Shown: positions 1 through 15,021, counted from the first letter of the whole stretch. The stretch: DNA of 63,620 nucleotides, filler included, from Octopus bimaculoides (GCF_001194135.2; 8 parts of 7 records of this genome joined end to end with filler, not necessarily neighbours in it), one strand, 5' to 3'. Notes: a model not told the origin generated them from the sequence alone. Program-made: numbers and translations.

Positions 1-15
1 ATATATATATATATA

Positions 16-177
16 TACGACGGGCTTCTTTTAGTTTCCGTCTGCCAAATCCACTCGCAAGGCTTTGGTCGGCCCGAGGCTATCGTAGAAGACACTTGCC
101 CAAGGTGCCACGCAGTGACACTGAACCCGGAACCATGTGGTTGGTAAGCAAGCTACTTTCCACACAGCCACTCCTGC
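16..177 (-). mobile_element. tRNA-derived SINE family A, head
   Basis: Reverse complement of GCAGGAGTGGCTGTGTGG..AGTAGCTTGCTTACCAACCACATGGTTCCGGGTTCAG, with A-box and B-box-like motifs. Confidence 0.85.
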
Positions 178-568
178 TTAATTTTTGTAAAAAAAAGATT
201 TTTGGCATATCTAATAGACAGATAACTAATTATCGTGACGTGAAATTTCTGTTTCTAATTGTAGGTTATTTTTATTTTTTCCTGATCTACTGACGTCATC
301 AACAATTAAATACTAAACTGACTTTCCTTAGAATATATTTCTCTTTAACATTCTTTTTGTATACATTCGTTTATTAGAGATATTTTCTTAATTCACTTTC
401 AATTTAACCAATTTTAGATGGCCCTGTTGACGTTGTGTTAGCATATATTTTCAGACTGGTATTTCATAATCTTCTGTTTCTAAATATGCTGGCACAATAG
501 AAACGATTGTCGCTGATGTCTGGTGTAATCATCAATTAAATATGTAATTTTCTCCATTCTTATTCTTG

Positions 569-1896
<1,328 letters not shown>

Positions 1897-2738
1897 CTTC
1901 TGTTATTTCGAACCGGCAGAAAGTTACAAAAGTGACTCAAGACTCGACACTTTCGGCTTTGCGTTACTTTTGCAGTATTCTGAAGATTAATGGATATATG
2001 GATAATGTATGTACGTATAAATGCATATATACTCATATATTGAGTACCCACTATCTGTTGTCTGTCTGTCTGTCTGTTTCTCACTCTCTCTCCTTCCCCT
2101 CCTCTCTCTCTCTCTCTCTCTCAATCACTTTCACACATGCCCAGAATCGACCCCAGGAATAGAGTGGTATTTATTCATGACTTCGTTTTCCATCTCTACA
2201 CCGCTTACTCAAACAGCTCTCTATCTGTTAATAAAGTCTACAAGTCTGTATATTGTTGTTCTTCGATAAGTCTTATATCCACTAACCCTTGTCCAACAAT
2301 TCCGATAGCTATCCTCATTCTCTGAAACTGTTACATCGTCCTAGTTCTTATTCACTAAACCTCAAATGAGAACCAGAGCAAATTATCCAAACTATTTTCA
2401 GATTAGGAGGGTCAAAAAAAAAAAATTGAAAAGAAAAGAGTTGTTGTTACTAATTCAGATATCATGTTGCTAGACATCGGACTTGTTCTTTAGTCTCACG
2501 TGAACGCTAATTAAATAAAGCCTTCTCCCGTAGTGTCCATCCTGCATTTTTAACGAGAATCTAGGATTACATAAGCTAGTATGCCCTTCCTTGTTATGAC
2601 TGTGGCCTTTGATTTGAGGGATATATAGCTACCATTTCTTCAAAGCTGAACGGCCACGAGAAGCCTGCCTGATTGGTAAGAAGAGGTTTTCTTATTGATT
2701 AGCAGTAGGCTCTACCCTGATTAGCAGAGGTTCTGAAG

Positions 2739-2870
2739 CAGTGTTTCTCAACTTTTTTACCCTTGCGTATCCCTTAAAATAAATTACATCTCTCATGGAA
2801 CCCCTGCACAAAAAAAAATTATATACTATATCTTTCTCATATTTTTTTCATCGTAGTTCACGTGGTAAAT

Positions 2871-2905
<35 letters not shown>

Positions 2906-3093
2906 ATAACATGACAGATTAGGTAGGATGATGTCTATATTACAATATTACAATAACCAATAATATGTTGTGCATGTATCGTAATGTTACGATCATGAAA
3001 TTGGCATTAGCTAATCTCACTCTTTCTCGCGGAACTCCTACAATCCTTTTGCGGAACCCTAGGGATCCATGGAACTCCGGCTGAGAAACGCTG
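2739..3093. mobile_element. hAT (Charlie-type) MITE
   Basis: TIRs CAGTGTTTCTCAAC / GCTGAGAAACGCTG. Degenerate 8-bp TSD TTCTGAAG / CTCTGTAG. Confidence 0.7.
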
Positions 3094-3411
3094 CTCTGTA
3101 GTATAACTGGTAAGTCGGTTACATGAAACCACCAAGCTGTCACGGTTGATGTGCGCTCTCGTTATCATTTTGTATTCTTACTTCTTGCTATGCAGCAACT
3201 TAATTTCCGATGCGGTCGTTACCATGAGGCGGATGACGCCTGCTGTAATAAATTCACGCAGTATGAGTTAGTTGTGACTTTTGAAATAATGATTTATTAT
3301 CAAAAGGTTTTGCTTCTAAAATAATACTATTTCACATTTGTACAATGTCATGAATTTATATAAAAGACTGAATCGATTTCGAGCTTATGAATGAATATCT
3401 TTTTTGTTCTA

Positions 3412-3789
3412 TTCTTTTACTTGATTCAGTGATTAGACTGTGGCCTGCTGGGACACCGCCTTAATGAATTTTTAGTCGAATGAATCGATTCCAGTACTTC
3501 TTTTTATTTTTTTAGCTTGGTATTTATTCTATACGTCTATTTTGCCGAGCAGCTAAGTTACGGAGACGTAAATACACCAAAACGGGTTGTTAGACGGCGT
3601 TAGGGGACAAACTCAGAGAGATATATACGACTGGCTTCTTTCAGTTTCCGTCTACCAAATCCACTACAAAGCTTTGGTCGACCTGAGGCTATTGTAGAAA
3701 ACACTGGTCCAAGGTGCCATGCAGGAGGACTGAACCCCGAACTATGTGGTTGGGAAACAAACTTCTTACACACTGCCACGCTTGTACCT
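3412..3789 (-). mobile_element. SINE family A, near full length, diverged
   Basis: Collinear with 59335-59712. Confidence 0.8.
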
Positions 3790-3967
3790 ACACACACACA
3801 CACACACACACACACCTCTATCCGGCCATCGCCATGATTGACTGCTAGCCACTAAAGCTTTTTTTTATTCTCTCTCTCTTTATTTTCTCNNNNNNNNNNN
3901 NNNNNNNNNNNNNNNNNNNNNNNNNNNNNNNNNNNNNNNNNNNNNNNNNNNNNNNNNNNNNTCCCGA

Positions 3968-4183
3968 GTATTGGTTTCAAATTTTGGCACAAGGCCAGTA
4001 AGTTTGGGGTGGGGTAAGTCGATTACGTCGTCCCCTGTGCTCTACTGGTTTATTTTATTAATCTCGAAAGTATGAAAGGCAAAGTCGACCTCGGCAGCAT
4101 TCGAACTCAGAACCTAAAGACGGACGAAATGCTGCTAAGCATTTTGCCGGCGTGCTAACGATTCTGCCACCTCGCCGCCCTTA
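3968..4183 (-). mobile_element. tRNA-derived SINE family B
   Basis: Reverse complement of (G)TAAGGCGGCGAG.TGGCAGAATCGTTAGCACGCCGG...GAGTTCGAAT. Confidence 0.85.
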
Positions 4184-5104
4184 ACTTCTGGAATATTGAT
4201 TTCTAGCATGGGTACAACGTCACAAGATTTTAAGGAAAGCTTATAATCAATGAAATTGACCCTACTATTCGATCTTGAATAGTAGAAAAAACTGACTTTA
4301 ATATAATATGAAATCGGAATACTAATCGTGACAAAATAACGAAAGGTATTTTATGTTCGATCGTCTAGCAATTCTGCCAAGATACTGTCACTAGAAATTT
4401 CTAAAAATATTGGTTAGAAAATTAAATGGTTGCAGTCCATCCTCATCTGATGTGAAGGGATAATAAAAGATGTTACCGTATGTATTGTGATAGAAAGTGT
4501 GGAAAAATTAGTGAAGTTGGTTTGATGACAAGTCACCGGATAACGGCTATATGTGATATCAAATACCTTCCATTGACCTAAATCTCCTGTTGTTGTTGTT
4601 GTAGCTTAACCCCGAGTCAGCCCTGACCGAGCAGAACTATAATCAAAAGACCTCGCAGTTATGCCACTACTATCATCTCAAGCATTATGTATCTAAAACT
4701 GTCAGTCCATTTCCGAAAAAGGAGGGTGTAATTTGACGAAAATTGTTTGTTCTTCCTAACATATCGAAAGTCCACGTAAAAGCTCTCTCATTGAAGTTAG
4801 GGGACAGCTTTCACTGGCAAATGGGTTCTTCATATTCTAACAGAGTCGAAAATCTTTTTATGTACCGGGTTGTAATTAAAGTAATCCTGGAAAGATTTAA
4901 CAAAATCTATTTGTTAGGATGCATCCCAAGTGAGTCTAAAAGCTTCAGTAGCATGCCAGTGTTAATTAAAGAAGTTATCTAAAAGAATCGGAGCCTTATC
5001 AAAAGCTAGTATTTACCAAACCACTCTAGAATGAATTTATACCGTTTAACACTATTTCGGACCATGTCTAATAATGCTTCCTACCATAAACATTGACTGA
5101 GTTA

Positions 5105-5500
5105 CTAATTCTTTTGTTCCATTCATCTTCTTCGCCTACTATTCTTGGGAGGGTCGAGGTGGCGAGGTAGAGTTCTCAGGTACCTTCTCCATGGGGTCGC
5201 AGCAAAAGTAACTTCCATTACACTTTCCGGTTGGATTCCCGAGCATGACCAACTGTGACTATGGATATTATTCAAACATCTCGTTCTTGATCTGTCACTA
5301 GGTCCCCTGCCGATTGGCTTGACTTGAAGAAAGCCTCTTGCGATTCTTTCTTACGACGTTCTAATCGCATATCTACAGTTCCGGAGTTGTGACTCTCAAT
5401 GCGAAGAATTAACGGCTCGACCGAGAGAGACTCCCTGATCTCCGAACTACGCACCCTGTCGAACAGCGTTACTCCAGAAATTCTTCGAAAACACAAAAAG
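5105..5500 (-). mobile_element. RTE-clade LINE, 3' end, 5'-truncated
   Basis: RRISGVTLFDRVRSSEIRESLSVEPLILRIE, then frameshifted sequence typical of the RTE ORF C-terminus. Confidence 0.8.
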
Positions 5501-5964
5501 TTATGTTGTACATAATTACGTGACACTGTATAAAACGGATTTAGATATTTTAAAAGAAGGATCACGAATACAAGCAGCCGAAAACTCCAGAAATCCTCGG
5601 AAGGAGGATTTCTAAATCCGTTTTATACAGTGTCACGTAATTATACAGTGTCACGTACAACATAACTTCTTGTGTTGAGATATTTTTTGTTTTAGTAAAG
5701 ATGTTACTTATTTCCTTGACCAATTAAAAAATGAACCCCTCAGTTAAGTGCGGCAGTTGATGACAACCGCGCTAGTAAAAACAAAACTCACATGGATCTA
5801 TATCAGAATAGACTTTATATGGAAGACCAACACTAGAGATTTGCTATACTTTTAGCAGCGTACGACAATATGAGCTTCTATAATTGTTTCCACTCAACGT
5901 TGCATTTCTGTTAGACTTGGCAAACTGTAGAGAGAGTTCTCTTTCAGTGGGCCACAATTAGCGT

Positions 5965-6238
5965 GTGGGCAAGTGTTTCCTACTACAGCCTCGAGCCGAC
6001 CAATACCTTGTGATTAGATTTGGCTGACGGAAACTGAAAGAGGCTTGTTGTGTGTGTGTGTGTGTGTATTCCTCCCATAACCGCTTGGCAATTGGTTGGT
6101 TTACATCCCCGCTACTTAACGGTTCAGGAAAAGAAACTGCTAGAAGGGACTAACCTTAAAAATAAGTACTGGGATAGAATTGTTCGATTAAACCCCAGCA
6201 TGGCCGTAGGTCAATGAATGAAACCTGTAAAAGAAACG
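5965..6238 (+). mobile_element. SINE family A, diverged; a further tail fragment lies at 6340-6475
   Basis: GGGCAAGTGT...GACGGAAACTGAAAG, (TG)n, ...TGAAACCTGTAAAAGA tail. Confidence 0.7.
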
Positions 6239-6293
6239 ATAAAAGCTTTATACATGGATGGGACTATATGCATACATATATGCGTATATAAAT

Positions 6294-6329
<36 letters not shown>

Positions 6330-6475
6330 ATGTGTACGTGCGTATGTGTGTCTTTGTGTCTGTGCTTGTCCTCCATCACTGCTTGACAACCGCTGTTGGT
6401 TTGTTTACGGCCCCGTAACAAAGCGGTTTGGCACAAGAGACCGATAGAGTAAGTACAAAGCTTAATAAATAAGTA

Positions 6476-6685
6476 TGAGGTTGGGGTGCTGAAAAGTTTC
6501 TGTCCTTAGGTAAAAGAAAATAGAGGAGGATCAGTTAATTATGACTTTATTCAACATATTCCCCTCTCAGAGTCATACGCTTATTGCAGCGGTCCTTCAG
6601 TTTTTCTAAAAGAACTCGGAAGGGTGGGCCTCCAACCAGGCCTTTCGCGACACCTTTAAAGCCACGAACTTTTCAGCACCCCTCG
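6476..6685. mobile_element. Mariner-type MITE, copy 1
   Basis: TIRs ...GGGGTGCTGAAAAG / CTTTTCAGCACCCCTCG. Same family as 25323-25537. Confidence 0.75.
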
Positions 6686-6687
6686 TG

Positions 6688-6744
<57 letters not shown>

Positions 6745-6999
6745 TATATCATATTATATATATAGTATTTAGAATACACACACACACACACACACATGCA
6801 GATTACATAGAGATTGCTCACGGGCCCTGCCACTGCATCTAAGTTCGTCTGGTTATTTATAACGTATTCACCTTCCTTCTTTTTTCCTTTTTTCTTTATT
6901 TCTTTCTTTGCTTTTATCCTCTTCTATCCTTGTTACCTGAAGGATATCTTTTGGGCTTTTGCCAGCCATAATGTTCGCTTTTCCTATTGGCTGTTGATT

Positions 7000-7185
7000 G
7001 CGGCGGCGGCGGCGACGGTGGTGGTGATGGTGGTGGAGGGGGGGCTTTGGGGCGGCAGCGTCGGCGCTGGTGGTGACGCTGCTGGTAGTGGTGGAAGTGA
7101 TGGTGGTGGCGGCTGCGGCGGTGGTGGTAGTGGTGGTGGTTATGATGAAGACGACGACGACGACGACGACGATGATGATGATGAC
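7000..7185. repeat. Compound (GGC/GGT/GAC/GAT)n trinucleotide tract
   Basis: Directly visible. Produces spurious poly-Gly/Asp/His ORFs. Confidence 0.9.
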
Positions 7186-8395
7186 TTATTCCCGTTTCCA
7201 TCCTCGTCCACCATTTCTTTAACAAGTGTAGATCACATTTCTTTTCATGTGTTTATTTATTTATTTATCCATTATTCATTTTCTTTTGGATATGGTGGGT
7301 GGAGGGACAGACAGAGGATTTTACCTTCAGGTCGACTAAACCTTAGAATTACGTAACAAAAGAGAAGAGATGCAAAAGAAGACGGAATCTCTGCCGAAGT
7401 TGCTGCTATCTTATACACGTGCCAGCGGTTACATTGCTGGTGAACTTGCAATAGCTTGAAAAACACCTCTTTGGCAGACGTCCATGTTCTATTATTCTTC
7501 CAGAAAACACCGGCACTTTTTTGTACATAGAACCACGTGAAATCAGTAGGTTGGCAGAATCGTTTAGATCGTCTGACAAAATACTTTGCAGCGGTGTATA
7601 GTTAACATCCTTTACATTCTGAGTTCAAATTCTGCCCTGATTAGTTTCGGGTTTCATCTTTTCAAGGGACGGTGAAATGACCGAATTGTTAGGAAGACAG
7701 AGTCAAATCCCACCCAAGTCGAATTTGCCATCTATACTTTCAGGGCTCTATAAAAGTAACCACTAGTTGTTGTTTCGTCCCAGACCAACATTGAACAGAA
7801 AAACTATGATCAAAAGCGTTCCAGAACGTGACCTCTATACGATGAGTAGTTCTAATGTTCTCTAACTATAGCCTACTCTTCCTAGTTATAGGCTGCCATT
7901 CGCATCTGTTCAGCGCGGATTGTTCTCAATGAGTATTGCTGATGATTTAGGCCTGTCGGTTGCTTTGCATCATGTCACGAAATCTGTTTCTTGGCTTGTG
8001 ATGGGGAAGCTTACCGAAAACTAATTCTCCACAGAAACAAACACACAAGCATACATACATACAAGCATACATACATACATACATACATACATACATGCAT
8101 ACATACAGAATACATACATACATGACCATGTCTAGATATGCAACTATATGTGTGAGAATGCATATAAAAAGCAAAACATACAAATCTGCACATATACATG
8201 CATGCATACATACATACATACATACATACATACATAAATTCCTGCTGTTGATGCTGAAATTTCAATGAAGGAGCCTTGAATCTAGGCTAGAAACCGGCTC
8301 TTTCTCGATTGGCAAGAAACCTTGAAATAAAACTGAACAATGACATACATACAAACAGTTAGGCAGATAAGCAGCCTGACTGACGATTATATCTA

Positions 8396-8429
<34 letters not shown>

Positions 8430-8641
8430 GCCATCTCTGTTTTCTTTGTCTTCACACACACACACACACACACATATGTACTTAGCTATCCAATATCGTA
8501 CTCATTGTACGATATTGCACATACCTGTACTTCTAGCTAATGAGATAACTAGTAGCCAGGTAAATAGCTAATAGATTGCAATATAACTAATCATATAGAA
8601 AAAGGAAAGATAAAGAGAAGAAAGTAAGAGTCAGATTCGTT

Positions 8642-8713
<72 letters not shown>

Positions 8714-8923
8714 NNNNNNNNNNNNNNNNNNNNNNNNNNNNNNNNNNNNNNNNNNNNNNNNNNNNNNNNNNNNNNNNNNNNNNNNNNNNNNNNNNNNNNN
8801 NNNNNNNNNNNNNNNNNNNNNNNNNNNNNNNNNNNNNNNNNNNNNNNNNNNNNNNNNNNNNNNNNNNNNNNNNNNNNNNNNNNNNNNNNNNNNNNNNNNN
8901 NNNAGATAGATAGATAAATAGAT

Positions 8924-8979
<56 letters not shown>

Positions 8980-9499
8980 TCAAACATACATACATACATA
9001 CATACATACATACATACATGCATACATACATACATACAAAAATACAATAGGAAGCTATGTTTTCTTTTCTGATAAAATTTTATTCAAAATTTTGCTTTTT
9101 AATGATTGAAATTTTTTTTAGAATAATAACAACGTATTTGAAAAAATTTGCCGAACGAGAAATACTGTTAACATTACACTTGATAAACTGCGTGACGCTA
9201 AGTACAGTTCCCACTAGAGTTGAATTGCATAAGTTTATAAATATATGGTTGCTTTTCTGTGTCAGCAAAAAGACGCGAAAATATCAAAGATTATACTTTT
9301 AGAGAAGCTGTACCGAATATTGGTGAACAACACTTATCAGGCTGTAAATGGAAGACAGCCCGACACAGTGTTATGCAGTACGCTACGAATTTTAACTGTC
9401 TCTTTTCATTTTCTAATGTTTCGATAGTACCAACATGGCAGATTTTAGTTTGCCAATAGTAACGACTCATAAATGGCCAGTTTCTTCAACGTGACCCGG

Positions 9500-9900
9500 T
9501 ATTTTCAGGGTTTGGAAAAAGCTGGAAGCCTCTAGCGATGGTCAAGGGAAAGAAGATTTTCAGTGGTCAGAGACGTCTTCAGGATGGTCAATTTTCTCTA
9601 GGTCTTGGTCATTATCAACGATAACTCCAGCGGGTCGATGAGAACTATCGCCGCGCAAGTCAAAGGAGCGGAGTCCACTATCGGAAGTGTGGTGCATGTT
9701 CGCACAAATCCACCGAGATGAGGATTTTGTGTCTGACAAAATCAATGAGAATTGTGATGGTGGAGGCCTGAATATCATGTGATGTGACTTTTTAGTTTCC
9801 GTGATTCGAAACCCTTGCATTGTACTCCTGCGTCTGGAATGTCGTTGAGAGTGGGGTGGTTCTACGATTCCAAAACTCATAGGGGTACTGACATGGTGGG
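9500..9900 (-). mobile_element. Decayed CR1/Crack-like LINE 3' fragment
   Basis: Higher-GC block. One frame gives ...SLTTENLLSLDHR*R, similar to the L..L.HRR motif at CR1-group C-termini. Heavily interrupted. Confidence 0.35.
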
Positions 9901-10258
9901 CGTGGTGAGTGGAGTGGTTTAGTGGAGCCCAACTAATCTTGACATGCTAATCTTCAGTTGCCACATCAAAGGCATCATTAAGGTAATGATGACAAATGAA
10001 GAAACGAGTGACTTACCACCGACTTTTCAGCTCAAGGGAGTGTTGCTTATCGTGTCTAACCTCTTTTCACATCCGCAGCCTCACAGACCTTAGCGTATCT
10101 CTACTTCCAAAAACACATTTTCTATTGCTGGGCTGAGAGCAGTTTTGTTGAATAACGAGCTTCTTTGGTGTTTCTTTTGAATATGTGAATCATTGTTGTG
10201 GAGCTGTTTTTTTTTCTGCTTAGTGTATTTGTTTTTCTTGTGTAACATCTTGCTCTCG

Positions 10259-10473
10259 GTAAGGCGGCGAGCTGGCAGAAGCGTTAGCACGCCAAGTAAA
10301 ATGCTTAGTAGTATTTCGTCCGTCTTCATGTTCTGAGTTCAAATTCCGACGAGGTCGACTTTGCCTTTCATCCTTTCGGGGTCAGTAAGATAAGTACCAG
10401 TTTCAACAATGGGATCGATATAATCGACTTAATCCCTCCCTGAAATTGCGAGCCAAAATTTGAAACCAATATT
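10259..10473 (+). mobile_element. SINE family B
   Basis: GTAAGGCGGCGAGCTGGCAGAAGCGTTAGCAC...GAGTTCAAATTCC...TTTGAAACCAATATT. Confidence 0.9.
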
Positions 10474-10731
10474 TTGTTCTCGGTTGCTTGGTGTACCCTG
10501 TATTCTGAGTTCGATTTTAAAGAAATTATTCGTCATATACACCCTTGTATTGAAATAATATCGCATTCCCACAAATAATAAAGTTCTTATTTCTTAATCA
10601 GACCAACTGGTTGCTCTTTCAATTATTCAAGCTTGTTTCACCTGAAGACGATTCCACGGAAGTATCAGAAGTTTTTGAAACTTATTAGTTGTTGCAGAAC
10701 TGAAATTAGTTGTTTAAAAAAGAAAACAATT

Positions 10732-10831
10732 NNNNNNNNNNNNNNNNNNNNNNNNNNNNNNNNNNNNNNNNNNNNTTAATTAATTAANNNNNNNNNNNNN
10801 NNNNNNNNNNNNNNNNNNNNNNNNNNNNNNN
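10732..10831. other. Artificial scaffold-join spacer N44-TTAATTAATTAA-N44; also at 16446-16545, 28345-28444, 34017-34116, 41252-41351, 56082-56181 and 61444-61543
   Basis: Identical 100-bp structure seven times. The palindromic 12-mer places TAA in all six frames. Confidence 0.95.
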
Positions 10832-10989
10832 GCAATTGCTTCATCAGAAATTGCCGTCCTAGCTCCTGCTAAAAGGGATTACCCTGCTATGTATAATCAG
10901 AGCAGCGCAAAAAGTTGTTTTGCACAAGCATTTCTATAGCCAATTACACGGATGAAATTTACGTATGCTTAATAATTTTACGCAAAACA

Positions 10990-11160
10990 GCCTTCAGACT
11001 TTCCCTATTAATTTCATCGTCTTTTGAATTATGAACATATTTACATCATAAGGGTTTTTTCGTTGTAAGGCTTTCTATTTTAGTTGATTTTCAGCTAGCA
11101 AGACTTATCGTAGATGGCGTAATAAGTCACACCCGGACAAGGTCGGGTTATACTGCTAGT
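10990..11160 (+). mobile_element. Helitron 3' terminus
   Basis: GC-rich hairpin ACCCGGACAAGGTCGGGT (11131-11148) followed 7 nt later by CTAG|T (11156-11160). Confidence 0.6.
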
Positions 11161-12547
11161 ATATATATATAAAGAGAGAGAGAGAGAGAAACAAAGTAAT
11201 AATAATTGATGAGTGTACAGGTACTAATTCCTTACACCTGTTTCTACCATGAGGCAACAAAAACTTCCAAGTTATATTCGTCTCGTCAGTGATATACAGG
11301 GATGAACAGACATGGGACAGGGTTTGGATAATGGATGTGTCCCTAAGCTTCTTCAGAGGGTCCAAATGTTAGGGAACTAATTTATGTGAAAGTCAGTTAA
11401 AAAATAGAGTAGGGTAAAATAAAATAAAATAATGTGATAGACATAATAAGGAAAGGTAAGGTGTTAATATGATCCATGGTATTCCATTCTGTGGTAAGTA
11501 GTTGATTAAAGTCACACTCAGGAGGAATTTCGACAGGCTGCGTTTGACATCATGTTTCCATTATACTGGGGAAGTCCATTATAGCAAGGGTAGTATGTTA
11601 TGTTTTGGGTTTGTAGCAAGTCGTAAAAGGCGGTTATGGCATAATGGTTATGTTGCCCGAACAAGTATAATTGTTAGTTTCCCATTGGTTAAAATTACTG
11701 CCCATATTTGAATTCTAAACTTTCGTCAAAAAAATCTTTCACAAAATACAATTCTTAGAATTCAGGTATGAGCAGTTACAAAAACCCTGATTTTTGAGAA
11801 ATTAATCAGTGATCATTGGTCGTCAATAGACTCCACAACACTCACTCCTTTGAGATATTGGCTATTTTTATGCCATGTCGATTACTTAAATCCAACAAGA
11901 CTTATTTGAATTGTTGTGTAAACTCTAGTAGTTTAGTATGAAAGAATTAGCTAGTATAAATTTTATGTCATAACTCTTAACAACAAATTTCTTTAACTTC
12001 TAAATGTACTGTAAATATTAAATGTACGTAAATAAACTAATTTAGTAAATACTTTCTCTTCTTCATTTTCTTCAACCTGTTAATGAAATTTATTTCTCCA
12101 ACTATGAAACTGTTTTTATAGTGGTGGAAAAGCACACGAGCTTATTTATCTTCAACATACATGTATGTTTCAACATGTCCGTTTAACTTACTTGATATAT
12201 AAATTTCGTTACAGCGTTTATGTAGCTTGAGTTAAGATTTATGTATAGTGATAATACTTATAATTAAGTTATAAGTGACGGGTTTATCAATATAGATTCC
12301 TACTCAAGAAATAAAACATATTTTGTCATCTATTCCAAGTCGAAACCATATAAATAAGATAAAATAGGTAAATCACCACATTATAAAAGTGGTACACTTT
12401 TGGTATCAGCCATTATAAAAGTGGTCACCTCCCAACATGATAGATTTAATGATTTGGTCCATGTTACAAGGGTTAGAGGTTAGATGCTAACCGCTATTTA
12501 GTAGATATAGCATTATTAAAGGAGTTGGCAGAAGCAACTTATATTAA

Positions 12548-15021
12548 CCTTTTAGTGTTCAGATTAATTTGTCAAATGTAATGCTTATCTGTTCACATTA
12601 ATTTTGATTTATTCAGGTTCAAGTGGGGTGTCCACAATATTTGCTTGTAACTTTGTTAATTTTCTACATACAGATTTGAAATTTTGTAAATGGGTGCTTA
12701 TATACCAGTGGCGTAATTTTAGCTGATCTTACTGACTAAATTTGACTTTTATGGGCAGGTAAATTTAATTAACAGGTGTAAAAACAATGACATTATAAAT
12801 AAACACTAAAATTCATATTCTTAATACATCTTAACCTGGTTGATTTGTAACTAAAATTATACCAGATATCAACTGCCAACAATTTTACATTTTTCAAGAT
12901 GAGGTACATTAATTTGAATTAATTAAAATACAGGTGTAATCGGTACAAGATTTTATTCTTTTTCTATATTTCATTCAAACGTTTTCATTGAAAATAAACT
13001 ACAAAACTCTTTTACTAGTCAATATACCATTGGCTATGTACTCTTCTACAATTTAGCAAATTCATTTATGTAACAGAATGCATCTAATAAAAAAATCTCA
13101 TTAACAGGTGAGACAAAGGTGAATACAGGTGTGCAACATACTGAAAATTAATATGTATTTCTCACTTACACATATTATTTATAATAAAATGAAAAGGAAT
13201 ATACAAAATATTTCTGTCATGAAACTGTCCAAAGCACCCTTTACACAAGAGTACTTTGCAAAAGGAACACATATACGAAGTCTCAATCTGATACCCTTTT
13301 ACAGTTTTTCTTTTTTGCAGCGAACACAGTCTGCAAACTTTTTTCTTCCATTTATCTTTTTTACTTAATGAAAGTCAATATTTTCTCTGACATCCACCTT
13401 GGTTAATTTTGCTTTTCTCACAGTTCTGTGCTTTCTAGAAGAAAAGCTCTCATGTAACTGAGATGTGATGTCAACCTGAAATTTTGAGTGGTCGTAGTCC
13501 TTTGGTGGCAGAGGTACCTTGTGGCTTTTTACATATATAGTATATGAATTAACTAAAAACCACAAAATTTCTCCACCATTTCTTCCCAGGTCAACCAACT
13601 GGGTGATATGCCCGATATTGGTTGGATTTATCAACGCCACCCATATATTTGTTATAACAAATATTCACTAGGGGTTTCCCCTCAGCGCCAACACCAGGTT
13701 ATTCATTAGAAGACAGAAATAAAATCTGTCTTTTGTCTTTGAAAGCAGTAACTAAAAAATTTTCTTTTTGCATTTGTAAAATGTCCCCTCTTTTTTAAAA
13801 TTTTGTTTTCATTTCACGGGACAAACCTTTACAGCTCCCCATAACAGTACTGCATGTGTAAGTACTTACACAGGATTTTTTGCCAAAGCCACTGAAGAAA
13901 AAAAAACGGTTAAAATAGAGGTGTTGGTGCTGATGGTGAAATGGTCCAGTAAGAGCCCATATAAAATCATGTCCCAATCCATGCAGTTTGTTTCCATTAT
14001 ATTTTTTACCCTTGTAAACATCGAAGTTTACACAATATCCAGTCTCTGATTCACAAACTTCCCATATCTTGATCCCCCATTTAGTAGGTTTGGCAGGCAT
14101 GTACTGCCAAAAATGTACTCTGCCCTTATAGCCTATCATGGTTTCATCTACACTGAGATTTTTCCCCAGTAGATACACAGCTTCATAATTATTAACAAGT
14201 AAATCAATTACAGGACGTACTTTGAACAGGGGATCGTACTTTAGATCGTTCTTGCTGGAGGCATTAGTAGAATCAGTTAAATGCAAATACTGAGATATTT
14301 TCAAACACCTCGTCTTCAACATTATACTTGAAATATATGGATTGCCATACCTTTTATCAGGATTCCAGCAGTTCCACAATTGAGGAAGCTGTTTAACATC
14401 AAACATAATATTAATTGTGAAAAACACTCATTTTCGCAGTATAAGTTGGCTGCCATAGTGGATCATCTCTTCCACGAATAGAAATTAAACGTTGTGCATA
14501 TTTGTTTGTTTCCTCTTCAATATTTTCAAAAAAACTTTCTGGTAAAAATAAAAATAGATAGTCCAATGGTTGTGAATCAGGAGGTAAATTGTGTTGTGGA
14601 CCAGTGTTTTCTGTGAAATCAGGAATAGTGATTGGTGTTGTAATCTTTGACCAAGTTGCCATGTTTACGATATCTTTTTCGTCACTTTTGTTCTCAAAAT
14701 CTTCCTCATCCGACGAATAATCACTAATATCGATATCAGATTCATCTGAAGACAAAATGATGCCATTTCTTTAATGACTAAGGTACACACTTCTCTTTAA
14801 ACATTGAAAAAAAAACATAAGGTCTAAACAATTTCACAGTATTTATACTTGAATAAAGGTGGGAAAGGTTTCATCTCACATGATCTCAAAGCTAAGAGAA
14901 TTCAATAACGTGATTTGTTTATTTTTTTTAGTGATTTCGTAGAGCAGTCGGATATTGCTGGCTTGAAGAAATAAAAGGGAATTAATTTTGGCCGATTACA
15001 GCCGGTTTGAACGCTAAAGTG
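12548..15021 (-). mobile_element. Full-length decayed piggyBac (PGBD4-like) DNA transposon
   Basis: TTAA at 12544-12547 and 15022-15025. Imperfect TIRs CCTTTTAGTGTTCAGA / CACTTTAGCGTTCAAA (12 of 16 match). Frameshifted transposase inside. Confidence 0.85.
13200..14755 (-). pseudogene. piggyBac transposase (DDE_Tnp_1_7), frameshifted
   Basis: Acidic N-terminus, DPLFKVRP, LSVDETM (first Asp), MPAKPTKWGIK, LYFNRFF (second Asp replaced by Asn), NKYMGGVDKS (third Asp), and C-terminal Cys-rich domain CRLC...CSFCKVLLCKGCF, spread over several frames. Confidence 0.92.

Noticed and set aside
96-293. Recurrent short ORFs containing PRSGTEPGTMWLVSK (also 33688, 40872, 59506, 59887)
   Set aside because: Antisense translation of the SINE family A head, not a gene family.
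6814-7356. 180-aa ORF with poly-Gly and poly-Asp, and the antisense His/Arg/Pro-rich ORF
   Set aside because: Explained by a trinucleotide tract; no domain or convincing splice context.
7360-7440. GISAEVAAIL resembling HisRS exon 2
   Set aside because: Lies upstream of exon 1 on another assembly piece, lacks LKTPKG and has no splice sites.
10259-10345. tRNA-like A/B boxes here and in other SINE heads
   Set aside because: No complete cloverleaf, and each continues into SINE body sequence.
10620-10700. CTGAAGA...GAAAC as another hammerhead
   Set aside because: No convincing helix II or helix I pairing between the boxes.
10832-10880. AIASSEIA (Helitron helicase motif-like) on +, or CTGATGAAGCAATTGC (hammerhead start) on -
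   Set aside because: Both readings are cut by the scaffold gap and too short to choose between.
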